25,242 nt of DNA from Candidatus Dadabacteria bacterium (GTDB lineage: Bacteria; Desulfobacterota_D; UBA1144; Nemesobacterales; CSP1-2), in assembly GCA_040289575.1 (NCBI GenBank), contig PSLL01000024.1, forward strand, positions 1 through 25,242. Reading direction: 5' to 3'. The position numbers were made by a program, and so were the translations under genes. The notes beneath the pieces were generated by a model. It ran no database searches. It was not told where the DNA came from and worked only from the letters and a program-made list of their open reading frames with translations. Of the stretch, positions 18,424 to 25,242 are shown piece after piece. The stretch's first letter is position 1. Every line of letters begins with the position of its first letter.

Positions 18424-19815
18424 ATGAGACAGATTATGGCAAGCTCAAAGATTGTTTATGGAGACGATCTTATAACCGTTACACTTCCGGATAGGACTCA
18501 AGTTTTAGAGCCGCCCCCTCCATTTGCGCCTCTAGAGAACCTAGAGGAAGCCATTCGAAGTGCGGTTTATTCTCCTATAGCCCATGAGCCAATCTCTAGA
18601 TTGGTGGGACCGAAATCGAATGTTACCATTGCCTTTGATGACCCCGTGATTCCTCAAATGCCCATGAAGAAGCCGAACTTTAGAGAGGTAGCCATTACCG
18701 TTCTCCTTGAAGAGATGGACAAAGCAGGGGTAAAAAAGAGCAATATCAGACTAATCTGTGCAAATGCGCTTCACCGCAAGTTTACAAACGGTGAATTATC
18801 AACGATTTTAGGCTCTAAAATTCCCATGTCATTTGGTCCCAATCGTCTCTACTGCCATGACGCAGAAGACAGAGAAAAATCTAGTTCTTGTAGGGGAGAC
18901 GAAGAGGGGATTTGAGGTTGAGGTAAGTAGGGCGGTTATGGAATCGGACCAGCTCTTCTATGTGAACATTACAAGCCTCCCTTTTCACGGTGGATGGAAA
19001 TCCATTGTTGTCGGACTCAGCAGCTACCGCAGTATACGTCAGCACCATAGGCCATTTCGGGGAGCGAGCGGAAAGTCTGTAATGGATGCCAAGAGATCGT
19101 CTTTTCAGAAGCTTATATGGGAAATGGGGACCGTTATTGAAGGGGAACTAGCGAGGCACGGTAGACGCATTTTTACAATCGAATCCGTTCTCAACACCGC
19201 TCAACCGCAGGAACCCATAGCCGTATTTGCTGGCAATATTACCGATGTGCATGAAAAAACACTCGATCTGATATATAAACAGCAGGTAGTCTCGCTCTAT
19301 AAACAGACGGTGCCGTATACGGCATTCCAAATCAGTCATACTATGCCAATCTCTCTAAAATCAATCCCATTTTAGTGAGGAACCAGGCCCTTTCTTATGC
19401 ATTTGGACTCTACCATAACAGACCCCTCATTCGGGAGGGTGGAATTGCCATATTTGTAAACCCCTGTCTGACAGAGTTTCATGAGATGAACCACCCATCT
19501 TATATATATATATGGGACTTCTACGCTGAGGATTTTGCACACCGCCCCAAATACGTCTATAGGTATCGGTATGCGTATGGATTCCACGGGGTTCACCCGC
19601 TTATACTGTGGGGTCAGGGGGCGTTTCCTCTGCGCCATCTCGGCAGGGTTTTTCTAGCGGGGGCAAAGGACTTTGAAGCCGCAAGGCGCATAGGTTTTGA
19701 GCCGTTTAGGACAGTTGAAGAGGCAATCGCCGAGGCGGAATCAACTCTTGGAAGGGATTGCAGCATAACATATCATCCGTCACCACCGGCTTTCATCACA
19801 TCTATAGAATCTTAG
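18424..19815 (+). pseudogene. LarA-like (DUF2088, lactate racemase domain) protein with two frameshifts
   Basis: Three consecutive ORFs join into one protein: VTIAFDD...ANALHRK...HDAEDRE / NLVLVGET...FHGGWKS... / AVYGIPNQSYY...NPILVRN...FHGVHP. There is an extra A in the run at 18875-18879 and a second shift near 19305-19312. Confidence 0.8.
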
Positions 19816-19836
19816 GACATCTGAAAAGGTGGGATT

Positions 19837-20682
19837 TTACCATCTTGGAAGCGCGAGATTTGGAGGGGGCGTTCTACGACTTTTCTCCTCTATCTCCGCA
19901 ATCAGATTCTTTGCCGTTTCCCTATTGAAGTACCAATCTGGATATATAGTAGGATTTTTCTCTTCTATTACCTCCTCCAGCACCTCCTTTGCCTCACTAT
20001 ATCTCTTTTGTTTTATTAGGTTCTTTGCAAGGTAGATTTTCAAGACCGTAAGATGGGGGTCGAGTCTTATGGCTCTTCTCAGGTATATTTCGGATATGTG
20101 AAGATCGCCTCCAATAAAATCAGGAAGGGTATAGTATAAAAGGCCGTTCATACCTAAGGCGTAGACATGATTCGGGTCCAACTTAAGTATTAGTCTTAAC
20201 TCTCTTTTTATTTGTGGAAGTAAGAATAGGGACTTTAAAACCCCGCGTGCCTCGCCCCATGAACCTAGATTTGCTACATAGAAGAAATGTGCATCGGGGT
20301 TATTCAGCGCGAGTTCTATAGCCCTTTTTGCCACCTTTATTCCGTTCTTAAACACCCTGAGCTTTTCTTCATCGTTCGGGGCCTTTGCATATCCATAAGT
20401 GAGCCAGACCCTTGAGAGGAGGATCAACGCATCTACGTTATCGGGGTCTCTATCGAGAATGCCTTCGAGGATTTCTATAGACCTATCCAGATTCATAGAG
20501 TCCTTATAATAGTCAAGGTATATTCTCTTTGCCGTTTCAATTTCGGTTGCTAATTCCTCCCTTGTCTCCGATATTGATTTTTCATTGGATTCGGCATCTT
20601 GTATAAATGTCAAAGAGAATACGGCGATTAACGTTAAGAAGAGCAAAACAAACCTAGTGTGATTTATCGGGTACTTCCGCAT
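19837..20682 (-). CDS. Exported tetratricopeptide-repeat-like protein
   Basis: N-terminal hydrophobic segment; TPR-like repeats DPDNVDALILL, NNPDAHFFY, LDPNHVYAL, AIRLDP. Confidence 0.8.
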   Translation of the reverse strand: MRKYPINHTRFVLLFLTLIAVFSLTFIQDAESNEKSISETREELATEIETAKRIYLDYYKDSMNLDRSIEILEGILDRDPDNVDALILLSRVWLTYGYAKAPNDEEKLRVFKNGIKVAKRAIELALNNPDAHFFYVANLGSWGEARGVLKSLFLLPQIKRELRLILKLDPNHVYALGMNGLLYYTLPDFIGGDLHISEIYLRRAIRLDPHLTVLKIYLAKNLIKQKRYSEAKEVLEEVIEEKNPTIYPDWYFNRETAKNLIAEIEEKSRRTPPPNLALPRW

Positions 20683-20710
20683 GTGGTATCTCTTAAACTA
20701 TGGCTAAATA

Positions 20711-21454
20711 TTAACCTTTTATTTCGGCAGCTATAATCAAAGGCATGTGATCGGATGCAAGCCGGGATAAGGGAGTATCGGAGACATAAGCTCTAACGGG
20801 GTTTAGTTGATTGCTGACATATATATGATCGAGCCTAAGCTTTATAGGTCCCCAGCGAAATGTGGCTCCATCTCTATAGCCGGATACCTTAAAGGCATCG
20901 TAAAAATAGTTCTGTAGAGGTGAATTCACAACCGATATTGGTTTATCATTGAAATCCCCCAGAATGACCGTAGGGTTTTGGAGCGTTCCGTTGAGCAGGA
21001 TCGATTCGCTGAGCAGCTTGCGGCATTGATAAATCCTCTCTCGAATGCCAAGCCCCAGATGCACATTGAACACATGCAGATGTGCCGAACCAAGGATAAT
21101 ATTGCTGTGTAGTGTGCCCCTAGGTTCAACATAGCGAAGCCTAAAACGGGGACGGAAAGAAAGGTCATGCCTCCGGTTTCCCAATATTGGGAATCGGCTC
21201 AAGGTGGCAATTCCAAACTCACCGCCTCCTATACGACGGTTCACACAATGATGGAAGTGCATCCCAAGGGCATCGGCAATAATCCTGGGTTGGTCATCGA
21301 AATTGGTGCGGGATAGATTTTTATCAACCTCTTGCAGGGCAACTACATCCGGGTTTTCATTTCTTATAATGTCTATAATTCTATCAAGACTGTAGCGATT
21401 ATCCCGCCCAATACCGTAATGGATGTTATAAGTCATAATCTTTAAATGTTGCAT
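20711..21454 (-). CDS. Endonuclease/exonuclease/phosphatase family protein
   Basis: MTYNIH, DVVALQEVD, NVHL, GDFN, LDHIY and SDH motifs. Confidence 0.95.
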   Translation of the reverse strand: MQHLKIMTYNIHYGIGRDNRYSLDRIIDIIRNENPDVVALQEVDKNLSRTNFDDQPRIIADALGMHFHHCVNRRIGGGEFGIATLSRFPILGNRRHDLSFRPRFRLRYVEPRGTLHSNIILGSAHLHVFNVHLGLGIRERIYQCRKLLSESILLNGTLQNPTVILGDFNDKPISVVNSPLQNYFYDAFKVSGYRDGATFRWGPIKLRLDHIYVSNQLNPVRAYVSDTPLSRLASDHMPLIIAAEIKG

Positions 21455-21472
21455 CTTGTCCGTAGTAGGTTT

Positions 21473-22501
21473 TTAACTCTTTGGATTAAAATGTCCAATC
21501 TCTTCTAAAACAGAGTAAATAAGCCTTATTGTCTCCTCAATATCGCTCTTATAAGCCAAACATCCAGGGCTGTGTAGATATCGAACCGGAACAGAAACAG
21601 CACTGACTCTACTTCCTTTTCCTGTCACCTGCATGGCGGTGGCATTTGTGCTGCCTGCCTTCTTAACCGTTACCTGGTATGGTATCTTGCGCCTATCGGC
21701 CAGTTCAATTATAAAGAAGCTCAGTGCCCGGTTGGCAACAAGATACTTATCCGAAAGCCTTATCTCCGGGCCCTTTCCAACTTTGGCTAATGTCTTGTGT
21801 TCTGGAACACCTGGGATGTCATTGGCAACAGTGCCTTCAAGGGCAATTACAATCTCAGGCTCATATTGTGGAACGATGACATTTGCGCCTCTCAGTCCTA
21901 CCTCCTCTTGAGCCGTAGCCGAGATATAAAGGTCGCAACTGATTCTTGGTTTTTGTCTTAGCGCTTCAAGAATGACAAAAAGGCCAACCCTGTCGTCTAT
22001 GGCTTTGGAAATAACCGCATCCTCCGTCTCTACAAATGGGGAGAAATACGAAACCACATCTCCGACCTTTACCAGGCTCGAAACCTTTTCATACGGGAGT
22101 CCGAGGTCAATAAAACAATCCTCAACCTCCGGCGCCTCCTTTTCACCCTCCTTTCTTATATGTGGTGGCGAAGCGGCTACCATTCCCACAAGTGGCCTTT
22201 TGCCCCACACGACCAGCCTTTGTCCATAAAAAACCTTGGGGTCAATGCCGCCGAGGGGTATCACACGCAAAAAACCCCTATCGTTTATGTACCTGACCAT
22301 AAACCCCACTTCGTCCATGTGTGCATCGAGTAGAATCCTCGGTCCATCCCCCGGAATGTGTGCAACAACATTGCCAAGGGCATCTTCTGTAATCTCTTCG
22401 GTGAATTCCTTCAGTGCTGAAATGACAATATCTTTGATCGGTTCTTCCGCCCCCGGCAACCCCGGAGCCTCGCATAGCTGTTTTAGAAGTTTAATTTCCA
22501 T
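21473..22501 (-). CDS. M42 family aminopeptidase
   Basis: DAHMDEVG, KAIDDRVG, QEEVGLRGA and RYLHS motifs; start placed at MEIKLLKQL (alternative 22531). Confidence 0.93.
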   Translation of the reverse strand: MEIKLLKQLCEAPGLPGAEEPIKDIVISALKEFTEEITEDALGNVVAHIPGDGPRILLDAHMDEVGFMVRYINDRGFLRVIPLGGIDPKVFYGQRLVVWGKRPLVGMVAASPPHIRKEGEKEAPEVEDCFIDLGLPYEKVSSLVKVGDVVSYFSPFVETEDAVISKAIDDRVGLFVILEALRQKPRISCDLYISATAQEEVGLRGANVIVPQYEPEIVIALEGTVANDIPGVPEHKTLAKVGKGPEIRLSDKYLVANRALSFFIIELADRRKIPYQVTVKKAGSTNATAMQVTGKGSRVSAVSVPVRYLHSPGCLAYKSDIEETIRLIYSVLEEIGHFNPKS

Positions 22502-22793
22502 AATAGGATTTGAATTATAACTAATGGGCACAGATTTGCCAATGTAATGGGAATTGTTTTACACTTCATTGTCAACGCTAATACACTCGAAGCCTGTCGG
22601 GAGTAATTGGAAGATGTTCTGGAACGGCGTTTATTGTTTCGAGTTTCTAAAAATCTCCCATTGCCACTTGTTGATGAAATCGCCCTTTGAAGTAATTGAT
22701 TTCCTTCTCATATCATTCTAACCTTTTTAAATGTCAAGAGAACCTTCGAAATCAGACTAAAGTGGCGATTTGCTGCTGAATTAGAGTTAAAAT

Positions 22794-23009
22794 ATGAGCG
22801 CAAAAGCTGAGACTAAGGAGATAATTTCAAGACTTCTAGAAGAAAATAAAGATAAGATACGCAAATTTGGTGTGGAAAGGCTAGGTCTTTTTGGCTCATT
22901 CGTGAGAGGAGATCAAAATGAAAATAGCGATATAGATATTCTGGTTGAATTTTCCTCGGGCAAAAAGAATTATGACAACTTTATTAATCTCGTGTTTTTC
23001 CTTGAGGAG
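22794..23009 (+). pseudogene. MNT (MntA-type) minimal nucleotidyltransferase antitoxin, C-terminally truncated
   Basis: LFGSFVRGDQNENSDIDILVEF (GS-x10-DxD); ends at FFLEE without the usual G.KVDLV strand. Confidence 0.85.
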
Positions 23010-23147
23010 ATAAGATTTCTTCTCGACAAATCATAAACATCAAGTAAAGAGGCTTTTCTGAAAGATGAAGTTTTAAAAAGGGCTTTTATTCGCAGTTTAG
23101 AGATAATTGGTGAAGCTGTTAGGAAACTCACTGAAAACACAGATTGA
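23001..23147 (+). pseudogene. HEPN (DUF86/HepT) toxin fragment
   Basis: Manual translation LEEIRFLLDKS*TSSKEAFLKDEVLKRAFIRSLEIIGEAVRKL carries the DUF86 R.LEIIGEA signature; TAA at 23034-23036; ends before the RxxxxH motif. Confidence 0.88.
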
Positions 23148-23161
23148 AAATATAATGAAGA

Positions 23162-24493
23162 ATGAAAACCAGTAAATTTTCAAAGTCAGGCCCAAATACT
23201 TCGCTTTTTACACCGCCAAAGTCCGCGGTTCCTCTTGCTGAAAGAATTCGACCAAGGGATTTTTCGGAGTTTATGGGTCAAGAGCACCTCGTGGGTGCTG
23301 ATGGAACGATTCGTAAGATGGTTCAAAGCGCTAATCTGCGTTCAATGATTCTATGGGGACCGCCAGGAACCGGGAAGACGACGCTTACACGGCTCATTGC
23401 AAATGAGATGGATGCGGACTTTTTTCAGGTAAATGCAATCTCATCGGGCGTTAAAGAGATGCGTGAGATTATATCCCATGCCAAAGAATCACTCGAAATC
23501 GGGAGACGAACTATATTATTCATTGATGAAATCCACAGATTCAATAAGGCCCAGCAGGATGCCCTTCTTGAAAGCGTCGAGAACGGCACGCTGATTCTTA
23601 TCGGCGCCACAACCGAGAATCCATCATTTGAGGTTATATCCCCTCTGCTCTCAAGATGTCAGGTTTATGTCCTAGATCCATTAATAGACGCCGACCTTGA
23701 GGCTATTCTGAGCAGGGCTTTATCTGAAGATGAATTTATGAAGAGTATTGAGATAACTCAAGAAGCTCGAAAAGAGCTTATAAGCCTGTCCGGAAGCGAT
23801 GCGAGGGTTATGCTAAATGCGCTTGAATTGGCTGTTTCTCTAATCGGCGGGCAGGGGCCGATAAGGATTGATAAAGAGAAAATCCGAGAGGCATATCAGA
23901 CATACCATTATAAGTACGACAGGAGTGGTGAGGAGCATTATAATACGATTTCGGCATTTATAAAGAGCGTGAGGGGAAGCGACCCCGATGCAGCAGTTTA
24001 CTATCTGGCTCGTATGATCGAAGCCGGAGAAGACCCGAAATTTATTGCGCGCCGTTTGATTATACTTGCATCGGAGGACATCGGCAATGCCGAACCCTAC
24101 GCATTAACCCTGGCGACTGCGTGCTTTACATCTGTCCACTATGTGGGGATGCCGGAGGCAAGGATAATTCTTGCTCAGACTGCAACCTACCTTGCAAGCT
24201 GCCCTAAAAGCAACGCATCATACCTCGCAATTGAAAAAGCACTTTTTGATGTGCGCGAAAAACCAAACCTTTCGATTCCTCTCCATTTAAGAAACGCCCC
24301 AACCAACCTGATGAAGGACATCGGCTACGGCAAGGATTACAAATATGCCCACGATTTCGACAATCACTTTATTGAGCAGTATTATCTGCCCGATGAGATT
24401 AAGGACAGAATCTACTATGAGCCGACTGAAATAGGGAGAGAATCAAATCTGAAAAAATATCTACAAAAGTTATGGAAAAAACGACGGAAATGA
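23162..24493 (+). CDS. rarA: Replication-associated recombination protein A (AAA+ ATPase)
   Basis: PLAERIRP, Walker A GPPGTGKT, Walker B FIDEIHRF, ATTENPSF, SAFIKSVRGSDPDAA and PLHLRNAPT motifs. Confidence 0.97.
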   Translation: MKTSKFSKSGPNTSLFTPPKSAVPLAERIRPRDFSEFMGQEHLVGADGTIRKMVQSANLRSMILWGPPGTGKTTLTRLIANEMDADFFQVNAISSGVKEMREIISHAKESLEIGRRTILFIDEIHRFNKAQQDALLESVENGTLILIGATTENPSFEVISPLLSRCQVYVLDPLIDADLEAILSRALSEDEFMKSIEITQEARKELISLSGSDARVMLNALELAVSLIGGQGPIRIDKEKIREAYQTYHYKYDRSGEEHYNTISAFIKSVRGSDPDAAVYYLARMIEAGEDPKFIARRLIILASEDIGNAEPYALTLATACFTSVHYVGMPEARIILAQTATYLASCPKSNASYLAIEKALFDVREKPNLSIPLHLRNAPTNLMKDIGYGKDYKYAHDFDNHFIEQYYLPDEIKDRIYYEPTEIGRESNLKKYLQKLWKKRRK

Positions 24494-24544
24494 CAGCCTT
24501 ATATTTCCCTTAAGCGCATCGGTAAATAAATCGGATAAAACCGC

Positions 24545-24571
24545 TTCCCGATTGAGACATTCGGGAATGAC
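24545..24571. repeat. REP-like palindrome (GTCATTCCCG...CGGGAA type)
   Basis: TTCCCGA-TTGAGACAT-TCGGGAA followed by TGAC; minus strand reads GTCATTCCCGAATGTCTCAATCGGGAA. Confidence 0.6.
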
Positions 24572-24643
24572 ATTTTTAATTCCCATTCTGATGTGGTAGA
24601 CTAAATTAGTTTCTATAGATTTATGCAAACTTAAAACAACACA

Positions 24644-25242
24644 TTGACCAACCAAGAGAAACAAGCCGTCATTATTATGAGTTTTATAATTGCGCTCCGC
24701 CTTCTGGGGATTTTTCTACTCCTCCCTATTTTCAGCGTTTATGCGATTAAATACCCAGGCGCAACACTTCCTCTGGTTGGGGTCGCCTTTGGCATATACG
24801 CCCTCGCTCAATGCGTGCTTCAAATTCCCTTTGGATGGGCGAGCGACCGTTTCGGTCGCAAGCCTCTGCTTCTCATAGGGCTCTTTCTATTCTCATTAGG
24901 GAGTTTGATCTGCGGTTTTGCCGGGAATATAAATCAGTTGATACTTGCACGTGTTCTTCAGGGGAGCGGCGCGGTGAGTGCCGTTGCAATGGCGACCTTG
25001 GGTGATTTAACCCGCCCTCAAGTAAGGGCGCAGGCCTTTACAATTGCGGGAATCGCCGTTGGCGCCGCTTTTGCGATTGGCGTTCCTGGAGGACCGTTTC
25101 TCGCCGCCCGATTCGGTTTTAATGGGCTATTCTATCTGCTTGCCGCACTGAGCTTTCTTGCCGTTTTGGTTGCCGGGCTCTTCCTCCCTCAGGTCAGGAT
25201 AGAGAGAATGGAGTCATTGGTGCATGGGGGCTTACGGCTCGG
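24644..25242 (+). CDS. MFS transporter (YajR-like), runs off the window edge
   Basis: Not in the ORF track. Manual translation LTNQEKQAVIIMSFIIALRLLGIFLLLP...QIPFGWASDRFGRKP...ARVLQGSGAV contains MFS motif A and stays open to the end; start uncertain (TTG 24644 or ATG 24677). Confidence 0.9.
   Translation, partial: MTNQEKQAVIIMSFIIALRLLGIFLLLPIFSVYAIKYPGATLPLVGVAFGIYALAQCVLQIPFGWASDRFGRKPLLLIGLFLFSLGSLICGFAGNINQLILARVLQGSGAVSAVAMATLGDLTRPQVRAQAFTIAGIAVGAAFAIGVPGGPFLAARFGFNGLFYLLAALSFLAVLVAGLFLPQVRIERMESLVHGGLRL

Noticed and set aside
18870..18885. Programmed ribosomal frameshift in the LarA-like gene
   Set aside because: A second, independent frameshift in the same gene and no evident stimulatory structure make simple decay or error more likely
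3179..22545. Other TGGCA sites as sigma-54 promoters (near 3180, 13430 and 22540)
   Set aside because: GC is not at the required GG-N10-GC spacing
22540..22790. Coding-like remnant on the minus strand between the M42 and MNT genes
   Set aside because: The minus-strand frames I translated are interrupted by stops and I recognise no family; blastx would be needed
1676..23610. Numerous short antisense or alternate-frame ORFs inside long genes (e.g. 1831-2217, 7812-8171, 10956-11264, 17462-17797, 21633-22520)
   Set aside because: Shadow ORFs of well-supported genes, with no independent motifs or RBS
277..24634. Stop-codon reassignment or pyrrolysine as an explanation for the in-frame TAG/TAA codons
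   Set aside because: TAG ends intact genes (kinase, fmdA, crcB) and TAA ends many others. The internal stops fall at positions expecting different residues (Trp, Tyr) and co-occur with frameshifts and deletions
1..25242. CRISPR array, tRNA, rRNA, prophage or integrase
   Set aside because: No regularly spaced direct repeats, cloverleaf or rRNA signatures, or phage/integrase motifs seen

Overview
This is a bacterial chromosomal window with no rRNA, tRNA or CRISPR array that I can see. The right half is mostly intact housekeeping genes: an M16 peptidase pair, M50 and M42 peptidases, citrate synthase, an EEP-family hydrolase, RarA and an MFS transporter cut by the window edge. The left half is accessory. 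It holds (i) a cytoplasmic cNMP-domain histidine kinase next to a receiver/glutaredoxin-like/thioredoxin-reductase-like fusion that lacks the CxxC disulfide, followed by a UBP-type zinc-finger remnant that the ORF track missed; (ii) a VOC dioxygenase/esterase pair; and (iii) a sigma-54-type formamidase-FmdB-Fluc operon with a clean upstream palindrome, followed by a second sigma-54-type promoter in front of an orphan gene. The window shows heavy gene erosion, with roughly a dozen lesions: nonsense codons, frameshifts, and deletion junctions that splice unrelated gene fragments together (CPA2 antiporter/ECF sigma, MNT/HEPN). An IS200-type remnant and two REP-like palindromes are also present. 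All family calls come from motif recognition by eye; no database search was run.
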